NCBI GenBank assembly: GCA_039683575.1
Contig: JBDKRC010000352.1
Span: 1-17,515, forward strand
Reading direction: 5' to 3'
DNA length: 17,515 bases
Source: Armatimonadia bacterium
GTDB taxonomy: Bacteria; Armatimonadota; Zipacnadia; Zipacnadales; UBA11051
Part shown: piece by piece, positions 7,367 through 14,891 of the stretch
How the letters are laid out: the number at the start of each line of letters is the position of its first letter
Numbering within the stretch: position 1 is the first letter of the stretch
Notes under the pieces: model-generated
The model's input: only the letters and a program-made list of their open reading frames with translations
What the model was told of the DNA's origin: nothing
Database searches by the model: none
Made by a program: the position numbers and the translations under genes

Positions 7367-10300
7367 ATGTCTGAGCGTACTCGATATCAGGAAGCTGTGG
7401 TGGTCATGATGGCGCTTTTGGCGCTGGTGACGGTGCTGGTGGTGTGCATGTCCCCGCTGCGCGCGCAAGATCTGCGGGCGCTGGGGATGCAGGTTGTGGG
7501 GCCGCGGGAGGTGCTGGCCGACAGCGTGGCGGCGGTGCGGGTCATCGTGACCGACCACGCCGCGCGCAAGCCGGCGCAGGGGGCCCTGGTGTCGATCCGG
7601 CTCGCGAAGCCGGATAATAGTCTTTCCGAGCTCTTGCTCAACGCCCGCGCTGATGGGCGCGGGACCGTTGACATGAGCTTTGAGGTCCCGGCAGTGGCGC
7701 CGGGGGCGTACGAGTTTGTCATCCGCGCGCGATATGGCGGGGATACCGAGGAGACGCGGCAGGCGGTGCGGGTGACGGCTGGCAACCAGGTGTTGCTGAC
7801 GACCGATAAGCCGCTGTACAAGCCCACCCAGGTGGTGCATGTGCGGGCGTTGGCGCTGCGCAAGCCGAGCTTGAGGGCGCTGAAGGGCGAACAGTTGACC
7901 TTTGAGATCAGCGATCCGAAGGGCAACAAGGTCTTCAAGCAAAAGGCCCAGACGAACGACTTCGGCGTGGCCTTTACGGAGTTTCAGCTTGGTGACGAGA
8001 TCAATCTCGGCGACTATCGCGTGGTGTGCCTGCTCGGCGACGAGCGGGTTGAGAAGAACATCACGGTCAAGCGGTACGTGCTACCGAAGTTCCGGGTGAC
8101 TGTCACTCCCGACAAGCAGTACTACCTGCCGGGTGAGACGGCGCGGGGAACGGTGCAGGTGGACTACTTCTTCGGCAAGCCGGTGACGGACAGCAAGGTC
8201 AAGCTGACGCTGAAGACGTTTGACGTGGCTTTCAAAGAGATCGCGGTCCTGACCGGCAACACGGACAGCAAGGGGACGTGGAAGTTTGAGACGCGGCTGC
8301 CGAACGAGTTTGTGGGCCAGCCGCTTGAGCAGGGAAAGGCGTTCCTGCAGTTCGAGGCGGAGGTCACGGACCAGGCCGAGCATACCGAGCGGGCGGTCGT
8401 GTCATCGCGGGTAGCGGCGGCGCCGCTGGAGATCCATGCCGTACCGGAGAGCGGGACGCTGGTGCCGGGCGTCGAGAACATCGTGTATGTGATGGTCTCG
8501 CGCCCGACGGGCGAGCCGGTGAAGGCGCGGGTGCGGTACGAGTTCGCACAGGTGCAGGGGGTGACGGTGAAGGTACTGTCGGAGAAGGAACTCGTGACCG
8601 ATGAACTGGGTCTTGCGGAGCTGAGGGTAGTTCCGGAAGTGGCCGCGAACGCCGGGAATGCAATGGGCAAGCGCGCCGGGCGAGGGTGGGGCCCGCAGTT
8701 GGTGGACTTTGACATCGCGTCGGGCATTGAGCTTATCGTCAGCTTCAGCGCCACGGCAACCGACGGGACGAAGGCTGAGCAGCAGGCGAAGCTGCCGGTG
8801 GGCGGAGGCAGCGCGGACACGGCGCTGCTTCTGCGGACGGACAAGGTGCTGTCGCGGGTGGGTGACACCGTCGAGGCTGTGGCTTACACGGGGGCGCAGC
8901 GGGGCACGGTGTACTTCGATGTGGTCAAGGACCGGCAGACGATGCTCACGCTGGCGGCTGACATCGAGCAGGGGACGGCGAGGGTGCGGATTCCGCTGAC
9001 GCCAGAGCTTAGCGGAACGGTGTGGGTGTCGGCGTACCGGATTCAGCCCCATGGAGAGATTGTGCGCGCGACGCGGCCGGTGTATGTGAACCCAGCCAAT
9101 GACCTCAACATCGCAGTGCGGCCGGACAAGGACGTGTACCGCCCCGGACCGGATAACATCGCGAAGATCAACTTCGCTGTGACCGATCCGCAGGGGCGGC
9201 CAGTGGCGGCGGCGCTGGGTGTGAATGTGGTGGATGAGAGCCTGTTCGCCATTCAGGAGATGCAGCCGGGGCTTGAGAAGGTGTACTTCTATCTCGAAAA
9301 GGAACTGACGACGCCGCGGTACGAGATACATGGGTACGAGATGCCGAACCTGATCGGCGGGCCGGTGCGACGCGGCGAGGCCATACCGCTGGAACAGGAC
9401 GCCCTCAAGCAGGAGGCGGCGCGGGTGATGATGGCGTCGGTGAAGGCGCCGGAGACCGCGGTCTTCTCGCAGGACACGTATGCCGAGCGGCTGGAGCAGA
9501 TGCGGCAGAAGGGGCTGGAGCAACTGCGGCCGCAGGCGCAGAAGATACAGCAGGCGATCGAGAAGTACAACCAGACGCACCAGGGGCATATGCTCAAACC
9601 GAAGGACCTGCTGACGCCGGTGGTGCAGGCGGGGCTGCTGAAGGAGAAGGACCTGTTGGACCCGTGGGGGACGCAATTTGCGCTGGCGGCGGTGGACCCG
9701 CAGCAGGACGTGCTATGGAATGTCATTCTGTGGTCATGGGGCCCCGACAAAGAGAAGGGCACGGAGGATGACCTGTATGTGCTGAGCGGGTCGCCGTGGA
9801 CGGTCTACACGAGCCTGGACGAAGCAAGGGAGATGCGGTGGGACGGCCGCTTCCTCAAGGGCGGGGTTGTAATGGCGCTGCCAATGGCGGCGGCGGCGCC
9901 AGGGGTGGTGCGCGAGGCAGCGATGGACAAGGCCGTTGCGACGAATGCAGCGGCAGCGCCGGGAGCGGGCGAGAAGCCTGTACGGGTGCGGCAGTTCTTC
10001 CCCGAGACACTGCTGGTGGAGCCGGCGCTGATCACTGACGGCAATGGCAATGCGACGCTGAACGTGCCGATGGCAGACGCGATCACCTCGTGGCGGATCA
10101 CGGCGCTCGCCAACAGCATGTTGGGCGCGCTGGGCTCGACCACGGGTAACCTGCGCTGCTTCCAGGACTTCTTCATCGACATTGACCTGCCGGTGGCGCT
10201 GACCCAGGGCGACCGGGTCTCGGTGCCGGTGGCGGTTTACAATTACCTGCCAGGGCCGCAGAAGGTGCGGCTGGAACTGACGAAGGCCGACTGGTTCGAA

Positions 10301-12088
10301 CTGACCGGGCCGGATAAGCACGAGTTGGAGATCGGCGCGAACGACGTGGACGTGCGGTACTTCACGATTACCGCCAAGAAGATCGGGAGTGGCAAGCTGC
10401 TCGTGCATGGCTATGGCAGCAAGATGAGCGATGCCATCGAGCGGGTGGCCGAGGTGGAGCCGAACGGGAAGCTGTTTGAGGTGAGCGCGAGCGGGCGGCT
10501 GACCGGCAGTAAGACCGAGACGCTGAACATCCCCGCCGAAGCCATCGCAGACGCCAGCAACATCCTCGTGAAGGTCTATCCCGGCATCTTCTCGCAGGCC
10601 GTGGAAGGGCTGGACAGCATCCTGCGCATGCCGTCGGGGTGTTTTGAGCAGACTTCGTCCACCACCTACCCGAACGTGCTGGTGCTGGACTATATGAAGA
10701 CCATCGGGCGCATCTCGCCTGAGATCCAGATGAAGGCCGAGGGGTTCATCAACAACGGCTATCAGCGTCTCGTGACCTTCGAGGTGCAGGGCGGAGGGTT
10801 CTCGTGGTTCGGCGACGCGCCGGCGAACAAGGTGCTCACCGCCTTCGGGCTGATGGAGTTCCACGACATGGCGCGGGTACATGAGGTGGACCCGAACCTG
10901 ATCGCACGGACGCAGCAGTGGCTCCTGAGCCAGCAGGGAGCGGACGGGGCGTGGGAGGCGGACAAGGCGTACCTGCACCAGGAGGCGTGGGGGCGCATCC
11001 AGAACAGCAAGCTGCCGCCGACGGCCTACGTGGCCTGGGGCCTGACCTACAGCGCGTGCAAGGAGCCGGGCGTGGCGAAGGCCATTAGCTACCTGCGGGA
11101 GCATGCGGACGAGACCAAGGATGCGTACGTGCTGGCGATGGTCGCCAATGCGCTGGTGAATGCGGACCTGCCCACAGGGGCGCTCGACAAGAGCACCGAG
11201 GCGGTGCTGGACCGGCTGGTGGGGATGGCCAAGCGCAAGGACGGACAGATGTGGTGGGAGACGCAGATGACGGGTATTACCCACAGCAGCGGGCAAAGCT
11301 CCGACCTGGAGGCAACGGGGATGGCGGCACTGGCGCTGATCGCCGCGGGGCGCAACAGCGAGGCGACTGAGGTGCTCAACTATCTCATCGCCCAGAAGGA
11401 CCCGCAGGGGACGTGGTATTCGACGCAGGCGACAACGCTGGCGCTGCGGGCGCTGATGGCCAGCCAGAAGGCGAGCACGAGTCTGGTCAATGGCGAGGTC
11501 AGCGTGATGATCAACGGCCAGCAGGCGGCGGCGTTCGGGCTGACACCGGAGAATGCCGACGTGATGCGCCAGGTGGATGGGCGGAAGTTCATCAAGCCGG
11601 GCGCAAACGAGGTCACAGTGAAGTTCGAGGGCAAGGGCAGTACGCTCTACCAGGTGGTGGGCAAGTACTACCTGCCATGGGAGAAGCTGCGACCGGCTGC
11701 GCGCGAAGAGCTGGACATCAAGCTCGCCTATGACCGCACCACGCTGAACAAGGACGACATGGTGACAGCGGACGTGACGGTGAAGAACAACCTGCCGGGG
11801 ACCACGAGCATGATCATCGTGGACCTGGGCATTCCGCCGGGGTTTGAGGTGCAGAGTGAAGACTTTGCGAACCTCGTTGAGAAGGGGACGCTGCAGAAGT
11901 ACAGCCTGACCGGGCGCCAGATCATCTGCTATCTGGAGAAGCTGGACCCGCAGCAGACGGTGCAGTTCAGTTACCGGCTGCGGGCGAAGTTCCCGATCAA
12001 GGCGCAGACGCCCAAGAGCCGAGTGTATGAGTACTACAACCCGGACCGGCAAGCAGAAGCGCGGCCGGTGGACATGGTGGTGCAGTAG
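7367..12088 (+). CDS. Alpha-2-macroglobulin family / thioester-containing protein (MG domains, bait region, TED, receptor-binding-like C-terminus)
   Basis: 1573 aa with an N-terminal signal peptide. MG2 motif TTDKPLYKPTQVV; YVLPKFRV; VVDES; post-bait VRQFFPET and DAITSWRITA; thioester MPSGCFEQ (Cys codon 10640-10642); GTWYSTQAT; C-terminal SMIIVDLGIPPGF...RVYEYYNP. AGGAGG RBS at 7353-7358. Confidence 0.96.
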   Translation: MSERTRYQEAVVVMMALLALVTVLVVCMSPLRAQDLRALGMQVVGPREVLADSVAAVRVIVTDHAARKPAQGALVSIRLAKPDNSLSELLLNARADGRGTVDMSFEVPAVAPGAYEFVIRARYGGDTEETRQAVRVTAGNQVLLTTDKPLYKPTQVVHVRALALRKPSLRALKGEQLTFEISDPKGNKVFKQKAQTNDFGVAFTEFQLGDEINLGDYRVVCLLGDERVEKNITVKRYVLPKFRVTVTPDKQYYLPGETARGTVQVDYFFGKPVTDSKVKLTLKTFDVAFKEIAVLTGNTDSKGTWKFETRLPNEFVGQPLEQGKAFLQFEAEVTDQAEHTERAVVSSRVAAAPLEIHAVPESGTLVPGVENIVYVMVSRPTGEPVKARVRYEFAQVQGVTVKVLSEKELVTDELGLAELRVVPEVAANAGNAMGKRAGRGWGPQLVDFDIASGIELIVSFSATATDGTKAEQQAKLPVGGGSADTALLLRTDKVLSRVGDTVEAVAYTGAQRGTVYFDVVKDRQTMLTLAADIEQGTARVRIPLTPELSGTVWVSAYRIQPHGEIVRATRPVYVNPANDLNIAVRPDKDVYRPGPDNIAKINFAVTDPQGRPVAAALGVNVVDESLFAIQEMQPGLEKVYFYLEKELTTPRYEIHGYEMPNLIGGPVRRGEAIPLEQDALKQEAARVMMASVKAPETAVFSQDTYAERLEQMRQKGLEQLRPQAQKIQQAIEKYNQTHQGHMLKPKDLLTPVVQAGLLKEKDLLDPWGTQFALAAVDPQQDVLWNVILWSWGPDKEKGTEDDLYVLSGSPWTVYTSLDEAREMRWDGRFLKGGVVMALPMAAAAPGVVREAAMDKAVATNAAAAPGAGEKPVRVRQFFPETLLVEPALITDGNGNATLNVPMADAITSWRITALANSMLGALGSTTGNLRCFQDFFIDIDLPVALTQGDRVSVPVAVYNYLPGPQKVRLELTKADWFELTGPDKHELEIGANDVDVRYFTITAKKIGSGKLLVHGYGSKMSDAIERVAEVEPNGKLFEVSASGRLTGSKTETLNIPAEAIADASNILVKVYPGIFSQAVEGLDSILRMPSGCFEQTSSTTYPNVLVLDYMKTIGRISPEIQMKAEGFINNGYQRLVTFEVQGGGFSWFGDAPANKVLTAFGLMEFHDMARVHEVDPNLIARTQQWLLSQQGADGAWEADKAYLHQEAWGRIQNSKLPPTAYVAWGLTYSACKEPGVAKAISYLREHADETKDAYVLAMVANALVNADLPTGALDKSTEAVLDRLVGMAKRKDGQMWWETQMTGITHSSGQSSDLEATGMAALALIAAGRNSEATEVLNYLIAQKDPQGTWYSTQATTLALRALMASQKASTSLVNGEVSVMINGQQAAAFGLTPENADVMRQVDGRKFIKPGANEVTVKFEGKGSTLYQVVGKYYLPWEKLRPAAREELDIKLAYDRTTLNKDDMVTADVTVKNNLPGTTSMIIVDLGIPPGFEVQSEDFANLVEKGTLQKYSLTGRQIICYLEKLDPQQTVQFSYRLRAKFPIKAQTPKSRVYEYYNPDRQAEARPVDMVVQ

Positions 12089-12090
12089 CG

Positions 12091-12118
12091 GCAGGAACTT
12101 CTGAACCGGATGGTGAAG
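12091..12118 (+). promoter_or_regulatory. SigH-like promoter motif GCAGGA-N18-GAAG upstream of mscL
   Basis: GCAGGA at 12091-12096 and GAAG at 12115-12118, 48 nt before the mscL start. Confidence 0.5.
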
Positions 12119-12166
12119 CTAACGTTATTGTACTATAAGCCACCAATACGAAGGGGAGTGAACCGG

Positions 12167-12601
12167 GTGCTGAAAGAGTTCAAGGAATTTGCGCTGAAGG
12201 GGAATATGTTGGACCTGGCGATAGGCATCATCATCGGTGCAGCCTTCGGCACTGTGGTAAAGTCGCTGGTGGAGGACGTCATCATGCCGCCCATCGGGCT
12301 GCTGCTGGGCAATGTGAACTTCTCGGACCTGTATGTCAACCTCTCCGGGCAGCAGTATCCTTCGCTTGCCGCTGCGACGGCCGCCGGTGCACCGGTGATG
12401 CGTTACGGGAATTTCCTCAACCAGATCATCAGCTTTGTGGTTGTGGCCTTCGCGGTCTTCATGATCGTCAAGGTGATCAACCGGATGCGGCGGGAGAAGG
12501 TCGAGGAGCCGACGGAGAAGTGCTGCCCGTTTTGCTGCAGCGACATTCCCGTCGCGGCGACGCGCTGCCCGCAGTGCACGTCGGAGCTAGAGGCGCACTG
12601 A
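12167..12601 (+). CDS. mscL: Large-conductance mechanosensitive channel MscL with a C-terminal Cys-rich (zinc-ribbon-like) tail
   Basis: (M)[43 protein letters not shown]...[11 protein letters not shown]; tail CCPFCC...RCPQC. Start placed at GTG 12167 after AAGGGGAG (144 aa). Confidence 0.96.
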   Translation: MLKEFKEFALKGNMLDLAIGIIIGAAFGTVVKSLVEDVIMPPIGLLLGNVNFSDLYVNLSGQQYPSLAAATAAGAPVMRYGNFLNQIISFVVVAFAVFMIVKVINRMRREKVEEPTEKCCPFCCSDIPVAATRCPQCTSELEAH

Positions 12602-12620
12602 GAAGCAACTCATCGGTAGG

Positions 12621-12656
12621 CAGAAGGGCCCGGCAGTGATGCCGGGCCCTTTTCTG
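12621..12656 (+). terminator. Intrinsic terminator after mscL (possibly bidirectional)
   Basis: AAGGGCCCGGCA-GTGA-TGCCGGGCCCTT, 12-bp stem with a TTTT tract. Confidence 0.85.
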
Positions 12657-12669
12657 TTCGTAGGGTAGC

Positions 12670-12737
12670 GAGGCGGGCGAGACGCCCGCACTACGCGGGG
12701 TGGCTGGCTGAGGCGGGCGAGACGCCCGCGCACCTAC
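12670..12737 (-). repeat. Tandem pair of GTAG-headed REP-like palindromes (family B), 40-bp period
   Basis: GAGGCGGGCGAGACGCCCGC occurs exactly at 12670 and 12710, each followed closely by CTAC. On the minus strand this reads GTAG-(n)-GCGGGCG-TCT-CGCCCGC. Confidence 0.85.
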
Positions 12738-12745
12738 GGCCGTGG

Positions 12746-13555
12746 CTACAGCAGGAACTGGTCGAGATACTTTTTGCTTAGCAGCAGCATCTTCGTGCGC
12801 ATTCTGTGGGCGCGGTCTCCCCAACCCCACACGTCCCCGTGCGGTTCGAAGGAGAGGTACCCGCTGTAGTCGGCCTCATACAGGAAGGCCATGACCTTGC
12901 CCCACTGGATGTCGCCCATGCCGGCGGGCGGCTGGGCGGCGAGCTCGCCGTTGTGGTAGAGGTGCTCTTTGATGTGGACGTAAGCGATCTTGTCGCCGTG
13001 GCGGCGGAGGACTTCGAGGTAGTCATCGCCGTGGTGCATCCAGTTGGCAGGATCGAACTTGATGCCTACGTCCGGCAGGCTTTCCCAGACGGCCTCGTAG
13101 GAGTAGAGGCTGGTGAAGAAGCTGTTGCCATGGACGGCGTAGAAGGCCGGCCGGAGGCCTGCCTGGCGCATCTTGTCCATGAACGGGGGGAAGACTTCGG
13201 TAAAGGCGGCGACATTGGCGGCGAGGTCCCCATCCGGGACCTGCCCGCCTCCGGTGACGAACACCTCGGCGCCGAGGGTGTGCGCGAACTCAATGGCCCG
13301 GTTGAGCATCAGGTGAGCTTCCTGGCGTTCGGCGGCGTCGGGGGAGGTGTGGTTCCACCCCCAGAGGCCCAGAGCGGAGGCTTTCACGCCATAGTCGTCG
13401 AGAATCGTCCGCATCTGAACGACCGTGTCGGCGGTCACGTCTTTGAAGGTCGTCCACCAGTTGAACTCCAAGCCGGTGAAGCCGTGGTCCGCGGCGAAGA
13501 GGGCGTCTTCTTTGAGCTTCTGTAGGTCATTGCTACCGATAAAGCCGAGTTTCAT
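12746..13555 (-). CDS. Sugar phosphate isomerase/epimerase family protein (xylose isomerase-like / AP endonuclease 2 TIM barrel)
   Basis: AADHGFTGLEF, AIEFAHTLGA, GIKFDPAN, IAYVHIKE, GMGDIQW, YSGYLSFEPH. GGGAGG RBS upstream. Confidence 0.88.
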   Translation of the reverse strand: MKLGFIGSNDLQKLKEDALFAADHGFTGLEFNWWTTFKDVTADTVVQMRTILDDYGVKASALGLWGWNHTSPDAAERQEAHLMLNRAIEFAHTLGAEVFVTGGGQVPDGDLAANVAAFTEVFPPFMDKMRQAGLRPAFYAVHGNSFFTSLYSYEAVWESLPDVGIKFDPANWMHHGDDYLEVLRRHGDKIAYVHIKEHLYHNGELAAQPPAGMGDIQWGKVMAFLYEADYSGYLSFEPHGDVWGWGDRAHRMRTKMLLLSKKYLDQFLL

Positions 13556-13603
13556 CAGGGGCCTCCCAAGGGTAAGAGGAACAAGTAGCTCGTGTGCCTG
13601 TTT

Positions 13604-13641
13604 CTTCTCTGCGGCAGGTGCGAGACCTGCCTGAGCCGAAG
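13604..13641. promoter_or_regulatory. Overlapping divergent SigH-like promoter motifs
   Basis: Plus: GCAGGT 13614-13619, N18, GAAG 13638-13641. Minus: GCAGGT 13630-13625, N17, GAAG 13607-13604. Each points at one of the flanking divergent genes. Confidence 0.5.
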
Positions 13642-13672
13642 TGAGTAAGCATTGAAATCGTGGAGGTGTCGC

Positions 13673-14740
13673 ATGTTTCGTCTACTGTCGCTGTGCACGC
13701 TAAGCTTGTTGGTCTTGTCTGCTGTGAGTGAACCCTTGATGGCGCAGAACCAGGCGCCCACCAAGACCCTGTTTGTCACGTTGCTCACCAAGACTCAACA
13801 GCCGATGAAGATACCGGGCATGGAGAACATGCCCCAGATGCCGGGCATGCCGACCGGAGCGCCGACGTGGAACGTCATCGGGCGCGCGAAGTACGGCGAG
13901 AAGCCTGTGGAGCCGCTGTTTGTGACCGTGCCGACGGACCTGAAGCTGCCAGACAACAAGCTGATGCTGCATCTCCCCAAACCGGCTACGACAGAAGGCG
14001 GTCCAGGCCGACCCGGCGGGCAGGGCGAGACGAAGAATGTGGAAATGGTCAACAAGCTGTACTGGCACCCGGACGAGGCCAAGGGGCCGGTCACCGAGAG
14101 CTTCAAGATCAAGGGTGGCAAGATGAGCGGGGGCGGGATGCCGGGGATGGCCATGCCCAATCTCGACGATATCATCATCGCGCAGGAGGGGTATGAGGCT
14201 GAGGGCAACGAAAGCAAGCTCCCGGTGAACGTCAAGGGACAGGGCAACTATGTGTGCAACACCGGCGGGACGGCGACGCTGGACGGCTTCCTGCCGCCGC
14301 TGCAGGTCACCTCGCCCGACATGAGCAAGCTCACGCCCGAAGAGGGCATACTGGTCAAGTGGCAGCCTATTGCAGGGGCGCGGGGCTATCTGATCTCGGC
14401 CAACGGCATGAATATGGACAATGCTGACGAGGACAACATGAAGATGACCACGATCTCGTGGTTCAGTACCCTGGTGCAGCCGCCGATGCGCATTCGCGGC
14501 GGCTATCAGCAGGAGACGACCATCGCGGACGATCTGGCCAATGGGATACTGCTGCCGGGAAATACCACAAGCTGCAAGATCCCGGGCGGGATCTTCAATG
14601 ACGTGATGATGCTGATGATCCGCGTTGAGGCCATCGGCAACGACTTCTACAGCAAGGCCGACGGCAAGACCGTCTTCGGCACCATCCGCTCGGAATGGGA
14701 TGGTATAGGGATGATGATGAAGATGGGCGGCGAAGGGTAG
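13673..14740 (+). CDS. Secreted Met/Gly/Pro-rich hypothetical protein
   Basis: ATG 13673 follows GGAGGT at 13662-13667. Sec-type signal peptide MFRLLSLCTLSLLVLSAVSEPLMA/Q. GC3-biased codons, 355 aa, followed by a terminator. No family recognised. Confidence 0.85.
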   Translation: MFRLLSLCTLSLLVLSAVSEPLMAQNQAPTKTLFVTLLTKTQQPMKIPGMENMPQMPGMPTGAPTWNVIGRAKYGEKPVEPLFVTVPTDLKLPDNKLMLHLPKPATTEGGPGRPGGQGETKNVEMVNKLYWHPDEAKGPVTESFKIKGGKMSGGGMPGMAMPNLDDIIIAQEGYEAEGNESKLPVNVKGQGNYVCNTGGTATLDGFLPPLQVTSPDMSKLTPEEGILVKWQPIAGARGYLISANGMNMDNADEDNMKMTTISWFSTLVQPPMRIRGGYQQETTIADDLANGILLPGNTTSCKIPGGIFNDVMMLMIRVEAIGNDFYSKADGKTVFGTIRSEWDGIGMMMKMGGEG

Positions 14741-14749
14741 TCCTCCGAG

Positions 14750-14778
14750 CGCGTGGGAGGCATGCTCCGCATGCCGGA
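14750..14778 (+). repeat. REP-like palindrome, family A (third copy)
   Basis: CGCGTGGGAGGCATGCTCCGCATGCCGGA, 28/29 identical to the reverse complement of 6181-6209, with a GTGG head. Confidence 0.85.
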
Positions 14779-14795
14779 CTAACCTTCAGTGAATC

Positions 14796-14834
14796 CAGCG
14801 GGGCGCACCATTCGGTGCGCCCCGTTGTTATTCT
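14796..14834 (+). terminator. Intrinsic terminator
   Basis: CGGGGCGCACC-ATTC-GGTGCGCCCCG followed by TTGTTATTCT. Confidence 0.75.
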
Positions 14835-14835
14835 A

Positions 14836-14888
14836 CAGTAGGGCAGGCGGCTCGCCTGCCGGACGCGGGCGAGCCGCCCGCGCTACTG
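14836..14888. repeat. Inverted REP doublet (REPIN-like), family B
   Basis: CA-GTAG-GGCAGGCG-GCT-CGCCTGCC-GGA-CGCGGGCG-AGC-CGCCCGCG-CTAC-TG: two GTAG-headed hairpins in inverted orientation. The right arm differs from the 12670/12710 core only in the loop. Confidence 0.8.
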
Positions 14889-14891
14889 GCA

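Noticed and set aside
9734-12052. 772-aa minus-strand ORF, and 8402..9676, antisense to the macroglobulin
   Set aside because: Shadow ORFs caused by GC3 bias. They have Arg/His/Leu-rich composition, no motifs, and fully overlap a confident gene.
13613-13631. GGCAGGT-GCGAG-ACCTGCC hairpin as a terminator or REP
   Set aside because: It lies between divergent genes with no U-tract, and is better explained as two inverted GCAGGT promoter boxes.
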